A stretch of 64,000 nucleotides of DNA from Octopus sinensis (taxonomy: Eukaryota): contig NW_021833053.1 of assembly GCF_006345805.1 (NCBI RefSeq), forward strand, positions 1 through 64,000, written 5' to 3'. Shown in pieces: positions 54,722 to 64,000 of the stretch (position 1 is the first letter of the stretch; every line of letters starts with the position of its first letter). The notes beneath the pieces are model-generated. The model made no database searches and was not told where the DNA came from. It saw only the letters and a list, made by a program, of their open reading frames with translations. The translations under genes were made by a program, and so were the position numbers.

Positions 54722-55710
54722 TGACCAAGTTAGTAGTGGAGGTGGATGCTCAGAGAGTATCACCACTAGAATACGAATAGCCTGGGCAAAGTTTAGAAAG
54801 CTCCTACCCCTACTGGCGACAAAGAGTCTCTTGCTCAGAGTGAAAGGTAGATTGTATGATGCATGTGTGCGAACTGCCATGCTTCACGGTAGTGAAACAT
54901 GGGCTGTGACTGCAGAGGACATGCGTAGACTTGAAAGAAATGAAGCTAACATGATCCGCTGGATGTGTAATGTCAGTGTGCACGCACGACAGTGTAAGCA
55001 CCCTGAGAGAAATGCTGGACATAAGAAGCATCAGATGTGGTGTGCAAGAGCGACGCTTGCGATGGTATGGTCATGTACTGTGGATGGATGAGGAGAGATG
55101 TGTGAAGAAATGCCGCTCCCAAACAATTGAAGGTATCGGGGAGAGGTAGACACAGGAAGACATGGGATGAGGTAATCAAGCATGACCTTAGAGCATTGGG
55201 CCTCACAGAGGCAATGACGAAAGACCGAGATCTCTGGAGATATGCTGTGACTGCAAAGACCCGGGCTGCTTCCTGCACCAGTTCCGCATAGCCCCTGTCC
55301 GTTCAAAGTACCTTGGATTTCAGAACAACCCGCTGTGCTTGAGGAGACCTATTGAGTCAAGTACACCAACATCAAAATAAATATCAATGGAAATAGTAGT
55401 TGTGATACCTGTGCCAGTGGCACGTAAAAAGCACCATCCGAACGTGGCCGATGCCAGCGCCGCCTTGACTGGCTTCCGTGCCGGTGGCATGTTAAAAGCA
55501 CCAACCGATTGTGGCCGCTGCCAGACTCACCTGGCACATAAAAAGCACCCCCTACACTCACGGAGTGGTTGGCGTTAGGAAGGGCATCCAGCTGTAGAAA
55601 CACTGCCAGATCAGACTGGAGCCTGGTGCAGCCTCCTGGCTTCCCAGACCCCGGTCGAACCGTCCAACCTGTGCTAGCGCGGAAATCGGACGTTAAACGA
55701 TGATGATGTG
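54722..55710 (+). mobile_element. 5'-truncated RTE-like LINE 3' end with contiguous family C 3' UTR and (GAT)n tail
   Basis: LRVKGRLYDACVRTAMLHGSETW, RWMCNV and WYGHV motifs run directly into the family C module. Confidence 0.9.
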
Positions 55711-57732
55711 TGTGTTTGTGTATTTATATATAAATGGGTGTGTGGTTGTTTAGCCGCAGATCAGACATGGCCAGATAGACGTATGTCCAAAGGTATTGAA
55801 ACTGTGAGTGTACCATCTTATATCATGGAGGACTACATTATCCAATTTTAAGATGGATTTATTATATGTAGATCAACATAAAGAAAAGGTGAAAAGATCA
55901 AGGGAAAACTAACAAATCCCTACAGCTGCTGTGGCAGAAAAAAGATTAAAGAATTATTCCCAGCTGAATGGACAGCGTATCGCATCTACTTCTATGGTTG
56001 CAACTGTTACTATTTCGCTCTCGTCCAGTTACTGCAGTATTTAGTGTATGTCCTACACTAGCAAGGGTGTAATTTGAAATTTTGGTTGTTATTTCTAACA
56101 TAGTACGACTAACGTAGATGCGCCTGTATTCTAGCGGTTAGTGAATTTATAACAAAGGACATAATTGTTGCGCGTTACTTCGTGTTTCAAATTTTCCTTT
56201 ATATAAGCTAGTGTAATGTTAAATGGCTATTAGGGCGATCGGGTGGAAGTAGTCCTGACAGTAATGTACACTGTAATGAGGGGAAGTAACTTTTGCAAGT
56301 TTCCTCAGATTTATTAATTTCTGTTTTATCTAATATGGAGGTAATTTGAAATTTGATTGCTATTTCTAGCTAATAGAGCGACCACGTAGAAACGCCGTGT
56401 AAACTCTAACAAGGGCAACAACTCTTGGAAGTTATTAATTCTGAAGACTATTTCCTCTATTAGCTTCGGTTGGCCCTCAATTTCCTGATGTTTTTGCTAA
56501 TAACATCAATGTAGTTGATTGACCTTCTTCCTTTATTAGGGTGCAGATGTGTCCAAAATATAGCATTGACCAGAGAAGCCTTCTCTGTGTTGAGAAACAG
56601 AAATATCATAGAAATGAAATTGTAGGGAAAAAAACTTCCGTTTTCAACCTATAAATGGACTATGGATTGAACATCTATGCAGTCGCTTGATCTGCAAAAA
56701 TCGCAACCAAATTCTCCCGAATCGTAGGGAGAATACATTAGACCAGCGTTTTCCAACATATTCCCCCAGACCTCGCTATAGCTTTCTAGAAAAATGAATG
56801 CCCCACCAGTAATTAATAAAAAATAACTTTATTTTAAATATTTTATCACAATTCGATTCCAGCATGGAAGACATGCTAAATGATGATGATGACTAAAGAA
56901 TCTACTGGTAACTCTTTTAAGTACTGAATACAAAAAAGAAAAGTATATTATTGACTAAGACAAAAGGCATACATCACTTTAACGAGAGCCTTGTACCTGG
57001 TGACTACGGCAGATTTCATTAGCTTCAGCTGTAAATCACCATTTTTTATAATTTCAAGTCTGCTTTCAACCAAATAAAAGACATGGGGAAATGAGACAGT
57101 ATTTGGTATTTCTTTTCAACTTCATCACATAGTCACATCTCGGTACCTTTCATTTCGAGCAAAGTATTCACTGGTTCATCACGTTGCAATTCTGATAGCT
57201 TATTTTGAAACTGCATTGGAACTTCAGAGATTTATACAAGCAGTGGTTGACTTAACCAAGAGGCTGTGGAAAAAGGATTTTCACAACTCCAGGTCCCACA
57301 GAAAAAAAAACTTTGGATCCCACACCCCATCACAAGTTTGTCAGGTCCCACTAATATAGTGATTCCCCACATTAGGAATTGCTATATAAGATAAATGAAA
57401 ATGTAGTCCTATATGCATTATGCATCAAGAAAGGCTGGGATAGCCATAGTTTCAAGGTCTTTCATCTAAAGTTTGCCAGATTAGGGCTAACCTGGAGTTG
57501 AACAATAAATACTCTAATATAATAACTAGAAAACTTGAGTTGTAATTTGGTTATATCCCAGTATAGTTACATGTATTAATTGTGCACTTTGAATATTAGT
57601 TGTATCTATATTATTTAATCTTTGAACTAACTCTACACTGCTTCTTACTTGATAATTTTGCTTTCCAAATTGAATTCTTGAAATCTGTTACCTGGGTTTT
57701 CCCCACCGTTTCATCTTTATTGTCTCCTTCAG

Positions 57733-57931
57733 TTCGTGTAATCCAGGAAGCACACTAACCATACCATCAGCACCCAGTACTCCAACAAACAATGGAAATG
57801 CTTCCACCAGCATACTACCTCCAGTTGTCAGTCCCACCATGCCTCCTACCCCAGTAAGCGTCTCCAGTGTGCCTGGAAGTGTTGGTCGGGAAGTCAATCG
57901 TGTCGTTGTGAACCCTTTAACAGCTTCTTCG
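57733..57931 (+). CDS. INIP: INIP coding exon 3, S/P/T-rich (N-SCNPGSTLTIPSAPSTPTNNG...VVVNPLTASS)
   Basis: Polypyrimidine tract plus CCTTCAG acceptor, 199-nt open frame and TCG|GTCAGT donor. Phases 2 to 0 bridge exons 2 and 4 exactly. Confidence 0.75.
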
Positions 57932-58719
57932 GTCAGTATATTCCTCAACATTTATGTAATTCATATATTTACAAATTTCACTGGTCTTAGTATTTTATGC
58001 TTTTTCACTTGATATAACTGCAGAAAACGCATCCTAGGTTCCTCCCTCCACTCCTCTCCTTACCAACTCATTCACTATATAACTCCTTAATTCACTCTAC
58101 TGCTCCCTAATTCATTGCTCTTCTACATTCTTCTATATATCTTGCCCACCTCTCATTCACTATTTCTATTCCTTTGTTTACTACCCCTATCTCTTCATTC
58201 ACTATTACTACCCCACATTCAGTAACTCTATCTGCATTCACCAACTTTGCCCCTGTTCTCTACCCTTCATTTACTATCCATTCACTACCTCTACACTTCA
58301 TTCATTTTATCTCTGTATTCATTCACTATATTATACCCCTTATTTATTTTACTCCATCTATATCTATTCCTTCACTATCTGTTCACTGTTTCCACTCCAT
58401 GTGTATCCCCTATTCACTTCCTCTACCCCTCACTCATTCCCCTTCTTTTATTCTCCCTCTTTTTCTCCATACTTCTTTATGCACCTTCTCTTTCTTCATA
58501 GACTTACCCATCTTATATATGATAGAACTCACAGCTGTAAGTAGAGGGCACGTTTTGTTATTCTTAAGAATCATTAGCTTTTGTGCAAAGTTCAAATTCT
58601 CTTTATGCTCTTGGAAAAGTCAACAAAAAAATAGTCCAGTGTCTACATTCAGGGTGTGGTACTTCCTCGAATGTAGAATTAACATTTACACCTAGCAGAG
58701 GGCATATTGCAATGTGTAT

Positions 58720-58732
58720 GTGTATGCATGTA

Positions 58733-58792
<60 letters not shown>

Positions 58793-58944
58793 CATATTTA
58801 TTTATATATATATATATACATACATACATATTTATTTATATATATATATATATACATACATACATATTATTTATTTATTATATATATATATACATACATA
58901 CATATTTATTTATTTATATATATATATATATACATACATACATA

Positions 58945-58976
<32 letters not shown>

Positions 58977-59002
58977 CATACATACATATATATTTATTTA
59001 TT

Positions 59003-59038
<36 letters not shown>

Positions 59039-59082
59039 ATATTTATTTATATAATATATATATATATACACACATACATACA

Positions 59083-59123
<41 letters not shown>

Positions 59124-59175
59124 ATACATATTTATTTATATATATATATATATATACATACATACATATTTATTT
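58720..59175. repeat. Compound (GT)n/(TA)n/CATA/TTTA microsatellite-minisatellite
   Basis: Recurrent CATACATATTTATTT(AT)n blocks. The I/Y-rich ORFs are artefacts. Confidence 0.95.
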
Positions 59176-59494
59176 ACTAGCAGTATCGCCCGGCGTTGCT
59201 CAGGTTTGTAAGGGAAATAACTATAAAGCATTTTTAGAGAGTTATAGCCAAAAAATAGCAAAAAAATGGAAAAAAATTATGGTAAATTTTTTTTTGAGAT
59301 TTAAAAAAGGTGGAGTTGCGTCCCCTAGACAGTTTGTGGTTCGTGTTTCCGATTCTCGACCCCATGTCGAATTTATCGATTTTTTTTAGAACTGGGGGAA
59401 CTTTTCGGTTGAAAGCCGTGGTCAGGGTGAGGGTACAAGCAAACAGACACACAGAAACACGCACAGACAAACTGCCGTTTATATAGAGAGAGAT
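59176..59494 (+). mobile_element. Non-autonomous Helentron/HINE-like element
   Basis: Starts ACTAGCAGTATCGCCCGGCGTTGC, has CAGACA-type repeats near the end, ends TTTATATAGAGAGAGAT, and sits between T residues. Confidence 0.55.
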
Positions 59495-59527
59495 TTATTT
59501 ATATATATATATACACATACAGACATT

Positions 59528-60785
59528 TTGAGAGCTTTGGGAGAGGGCTCCGACACCGATGTCATCTACCTTGATTTCAGTAAGGCCTTCGACAGGGTCG
59601 ATCACAAGATCCTATTGAAAAAACTATCCAACATTGGTGTCTCTGGAAAGTTACTGAAATGGATCAAGTGTTTCCTGACAGACAGATCTCAACATGTTGT
59701 AGTTGAAGGGGTAAAATCAAGCCCAGCCAAAGTCTGTAGTGGCATTCCGCAAGGCACTGTGCTGGGCCCACTTCTTTTCATCATCTACATTGACATTAAT
59801 GACATCATCAAGCACAGCAACATAAAAATCTTTGCAGATGATTCCAAGCTACAGAGGGTCATAAATGAGGCGAGTAACCGGACATGCCTTCAGTCAGATC
59901 TACTGGCTGTTATCCAATGGGCAGAAAAAAACAATATGCTGCTGAACGAGGATGAATTTGAGTTAATCCACTTTGGAAAAGAGGATGCCCTGAAACTCCC
60001 ATACTCCCTTCCTTCAGGTGAAACTCTCGCGGCGTCCAACAACATCAGAGACTTGGGAGTAATTGTGGACAACAACATAAGCTGGGCCACTCATATAAAC
60101 ACCAAAGTTGACATGGCCCGCAGAATGTGTTCCTGGATTCTCAGAACTTTCCAGTCGAGAGATATCCACACCATTATCCTTCTCTTCTCCACTTTTGCCC
60201 GACCCCACCTTGAATACTGTTGTCCACTGTGGTCTCCCCACACAATACAAGGTATCATAAAAGTTGAAGCACCTCAAAGGGCAATCACAAAAAAGATAGA
60301 TGGCATGACAGGCCTCGACTATTGGGGTCGACTAGAGAAGCTAAAACTCTATTCTCTCCAACATCGTCGTGAGCGCTACATCATCTGCATGATGTGGAAA
60401 ATATTCCATCAGCATTGCCCAAATGATGTTGGTATGACCTTTAAGGTACATCCAAGGCTTGGGCCCCGTGCCATCCGCCCAAAACAAAAATCGCACTCTC
60501 ATCTCATAACAACAATACGGCACAATTATTTCACCTCAATTGGCCCCGCTCTCTTTAACATTACACCAAAACACATTAAAACAGAAACTGACCCTATAGG
60601 GTTCAAGAAGTCTTTGGACAGATTCCTTCAAGAAATCTCGGATAAACCCCCTACACCCGGATATGTCTCTGTAAACAATAACTCTCTACTTGAGTGGGCC
60701 ATAGTGCCCAAATTCTGACTTGAAAGACTTCACCAGGTGGTGTTATTAAGTTAGACATGGCCGAAACCTATCAAAGTATCAAAGT
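59528..60785 (+). mobile_element. 5'-truncated CR1/L2-group LINE with an uninterrupted 396-aa RT C-terminal ORF
   Basis: YLDFSKAFDRVDH, GIPQGTVLGPLLF, FADDSKL, RDLGV and RPHLEYC motifs. Short 3' UTR ending in tandem TATCAAAG. Confidence 0.95.
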
Positions 60786-60807
60786 ATATATACATACATA
60801 TATATAT

Positions 60808-60869
<62 letters not shown>

Positions 60870-60870
60870 A

Positions 60871-61265
60871 AGGCGCAGGAGTGGCTGTGTGGTAAGTAGT
60901 TTGCTAACCAACCACATTATTCCGGGTTCAGTCCCACTGCGTGGCATCTTGGGCAAGTGTCTTCTGCTATAGCCCCGGGCCGACCAATGCCTTGTGAGTG
61001 GATTTGGTAGACGGAAACTGAAAGAAGCCTGTCGTATATATATATATGTGTGTGTGTGTATATGTTTGTGTGTCCGTGTTTGTCCCCCTGGCATTGCTTG
61101 ACAACCGATGCTGGTGTGTTTACGTCACTTAGCTGTTCGGCAAAAGAGACCGATAGAATAAGTACTGGGCTTACAAAGAATTAGTCCCGGGGTCGATTTG
61201 ATCGACTAAAGGTGGTGCTCCAGCATGGCCGCAGTCAAATGACTGAAACAAGTATAAGAGAGTAA
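60871..61265 (+). mobile_element. SINE family B (young, CpG-retaining copy)
   Basis: Full head to tail, flanked by (TA)n. Confidence 0.85.
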
Positions 61266-61340
61266 AGAGTATATATATATATATATACATACATACATAC
61301 ATATTTATATATATACATACATATATATATATATATATAT

Positions 61341-61614
61341 CACGTGACCGACCAGGCTATCAGATGTTGCTACACATCGCTGGTCACAATGCGCTTCGCA
61401 TTGTTTTAGCCACCCTGCTGGCTGAGCAAGCAGGCCAACAGAAGAAAGAGTGAGAGAAAGTTGTGGCGAAAGAGTACAGCAGGGATCGCCACCACCCCCT
61501 GCCGGAGCCTCATGGTGATTTAGGTGTTTTCGCTCAATAAACACTCACAACGGCTGGTCTGGGAATCAAAACCGCGAGTCTGCTGCCCTAACCATTGGGC
61601 CATTGCACCTCCAC
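61341..61614 (-). mobile_element. tRNA-derived SINE, family D
   Basis: Minus strand begins GTGGAGGTGCAATGGCCCAATGGTTAGGGCAGCAGACTCGCGG..TTGATTCCC, a tRNA-like head. Flanked by TA/CA repeats. Confidence 0.65.
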
Positions 61615-61687
61615 ATACACACACACATATATATATACATACACACACACACATATATACTTTATTTAAAGCAGCAGAAAATTCAAC

Positions 61688-61735
61688 AAAACCTGTTACT
61701 CTGAGTTTCCCGTTGCCGTTCATCGGACAGTTTTT
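61688..61735 (-). ncRNA. Minimal type I hammerhead-like motif, U4C family
   Basis: Minus strand reads AAAAACTGT-CCGATGA-ACG(GCAA)CGG-GAAA-CTCAGAG-T-A-ACAGGTTTT. GUA triplet, GNRA loop II, near-palindromic helix III. Confidence 0.6.
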
Positions 61736-61852
61736 GCTAGCAAAAAAAAAATAAAGCATATTACTCTACCACTGGTATTTGAGTACTCTTTTTTCCACCT
61801 TGTTTCACATTTATATGTTTACTCCGGTGTGTGTATATATATATATATATAT

Positions 61853-61885
<33 letters not shown>

Positions 61886-62195
61886 TGTGCAGGCATGGCT
61901 AAATAGTTCACTTCTCAAGTACATGGTTTCAGGTTCAATCCTTGGTCTTTTACTACAGCTCCATGACCTAGCAACAGACATTGTATAGTTTAACTTCAGT
62001 CAAAATTTCTGGTTGGAATGTGGCAGTGATGTTTGTTGACAACAAACTGTCCACTAGCTTTGTGCTTTTGAATATCTCTGGTGTAAAAGAAAAAAAAACT
62101 TGAAAAACTGGTTAGGGTTGGTGAATCTTGTCATAACAATTCTGCCTGAAATGCTAACACAGAAAAGCAGATATTGAATGAACAAATAAGTAAAA

Positions 62196-62257
<62 letters not shown>

Positions 62258-62337
62258 AATTGCAGCATGGAAGGTGTTTGTAAGCCATTTAAGAAACACA
62301 CAAAAGCCGTTCGATTCACTTCAACATTTAAGTTTAA

Positions 62338-62387
62338 TTTGTCAAAATATTTTCGTCGCTAAAATCCGCGACCTGTTCACTGACAAA
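62338..62387 (-). ncRNA. Minimal type I hammerhead-like motif, G3-C8 variant
   Basis: TTTGTCA-GTGAACA-G-GTCGC(ggatttta)GCGAC-GAAA-ATAT-T-T-TGACAAA. Confidence 0.65.
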
Positions 62388-62407
62388 AATCCGATGCAGC
62401 ACGGATT

Positions 62408-62457
62408 TTTGTCAGTGAACAGGTTGCAGATTTTAGCGACGAAAATATTTTGACAAA
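62408..62457 (+). ncRNA. Minimal type I hammerhead-like motif, G3-C8 variant
   Basis: TTTGTCA-GTGAACA-G-GTTGC(agatttta)GCGAC-GAAA-ATAT-T-T-TGACAAA. Confidence 0.65.
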
Positions 62458-63226
62458 TTAAACTTAAATGTTGAAGTGAATCGAACGGCTTTTGTGTGTT
62501 TCTTAAATGGCTTATAAACACCTTCCATGCTGCAATTGTTTTCGTTTTAGCACACGATCTCAGATCAAATCACTTGCTATGCGAGTACATCTCTGTAATA
62601 TATATATATACACACACACACATCATCATCATTTAATGTTCATGTTCCATGCTAGCATGGTTTGGACAGTTTGACAGGATCTGGTGGATCCAAGGACTAC
62701 ATATGGTTGATGATGATAATGATATTTTACTGCAACCAAATAAGTACCAATAGTAGACTGAATTCCATTCTGTCATACATGCATCCTTTCTTCCCAGAAC
62801 TAACTTTGTGAATTGTCAAAATGAAGAACTATAAAGAGATCAAAAATACATTTGAGCTACATGTAGGTACTGTGGTAAATATTTACCATGGAGAGCTGTA
62901 CCATGCCGAGAATGAAGTTTTTGATGGCATAACAAATTTGGCTGTACTCAAGTAGACTCGTCCACCACAGCAGAATTGATACCAGTGCTGGTGCCACATA
63001 AAGAGCATCCAGTACACTCTGTGGAATGGTTGGTCTTAGGAAGGGCATCCGACCATGCCAGAACAGACAATGGAGCCTGATGTGGCCCCTGGCCTTACCA
63101 GCTCCAGTCAAACCATCCAACTCATGCCAGCATTGGATAACTGACATTAAACAATGATGATGATGTTTGACCATAGCTATATTTTAAAACACTCAATAAT
63201 TGAGAGATATTTAATGAAATAACAAT

Positions 63227-63437
63227 CTTCGTGCTGCATCACGAAGTTTTGTCAGTGAACAGGTCACCGTCTCAAAGCGACGAAAATATTTTGACAAATT
63301 AAATTTAAATGTTGAAGTGAATCTAGCGATTTTTGTGTGTTTCTTAAATGGCTTATAAACACCTTCCATGCTGCAATTGTGTTCATTCCAGCACACGATC
63401 TCAGATCAAGTCACTCGCTATGCAAATACATCTCCAT
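63227..63437 (+). mobile_element. Second copy of the pLTR-like repeat, with a 5' hairpin and a G3-C8 hammerhead-like motif (63248-63298)
   Basis: High similarity to 62402-62597. Starts with the hairpin CTTCGTG-ctgcat-CACGAAG. Confidence 0.8.
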
Positions 63438-63521
63438 AATGACCTAATATTGTTTCAACTAAATTAAAATTTAAAACATGCATTTAACTTTGTTCTTTGT
63501 TTTCTCCTCCTCCTACAACAG

Positions 63522-63569
63522 AGCTATGATGCTGCTCCAATGACTCCCGCGCAGAGGGCTGCACTACAG
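63522..63569 (+). CDS. INIP: INIP coding exon 4 (SYDAAPMTPAQRAALQ)
   Basis: Long polypyrimidine tract plus AACAG acceptor and CAG|GTAAAT donor, phase 0/0. AQRAALQ matches the human SOSS-C QQKAALQ (recalled). Confidence 0.85.
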
Positions 63570-64000
63570 GTAAATTTCATTTGTTTTTATATCTTATTTT
63601 TCTTGTGCTAGCATAGGTTAAAATGATCGTATTATTGAGACATTGTTTAGCAACCAGAAGTCTTTCCCATTGCTTACCTTTACCTATTTGTCAAATAAGG
63701 AATGCATTATTCTACGTCTTTGAAGGTGCAAAGTTAGTGGATAATCTGTCGTAAGCACTCTTTGGGAAAATGCAAACGTGGACGAATGCACATGCACACA
63801 TACATATGCTATGGGCTTTTCCCAGGTTTCATCTACCAAATCCACTCACACGGCTTTGGTTGGCTTGAAGCTATAGTAGATTGCACATGTCCAAGATGTC
63901 ATGCAGTGGCGACAACCCACAACCATATGGACTAGGAAGCAGGCTTCTTAACTGCACAGATATTCTTGTGCCTATCTATATAAGGAATTATCAGTAAATG

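Larger units (their letters stand above)
62254..62541. repeat. 140-bp-arm near-perfect inverted repeat (putative Penelope-like pLTR fold-back)
   Basis: Arms at 62254-62393 and 62402-62541, 8-nt loop ATGCAGCA, ~3 mismatches. The element continues to ~62597. Confidence 0.93.

Noticed and set aside
57688-57951. 87-aa minus-strand ORF
   Set aside because: Antisense shadow of INIP exon 3, which has proper splice sites and phase continuity on the + strand.
58583-59389. 268-aa Ile/Tyr-rich ORF and similar [12 protein letters not shown] ORFs elsewhere
   Set aside because: Translations of (TA)n/(CA)n microsatellites.

Overview
AT-rich, repeat-dense eukaryotic DNA, most likely from an octopus (inferred from the SINE/LINE families and microsatellite load). 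Two genes are arranged head-to-head, with only 346 bp and four CCAAT boxes between their start codons. The first is a PX-domain sorting nexin (SNX30/SNX7 type) on the minus strand, with coding exons at 40408-40530, 21149-21340, 4177-4287 and 2362-2523; it continues past the left edge. The second is INIP/SOSS-C on the plus strand, with coding exons at 40877-40901, 53091-53232, 57733-57931 and 63522-63569; it continues past the right edge and carries a poly-Ser plus S/P/T-rich expansion. The introns hold tRNA-derived SINEs, RTE and CR1/L2-type LINE fragments, mariner relics, a HINE-like element, minisatellites and a ~1 kb tandem duplication. The most unusual signal is four apparent families of minimal type I hammerhead-ribozyme-like motifs in short repeats, two of them within long inverted repeats, as expected for Penelope-like pseudo-LTRs. 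One family has a compensatory G3-C8 core swap and another a U4C core. Gene and family names are from recall, not database searches, and ribozyme activity is untested.
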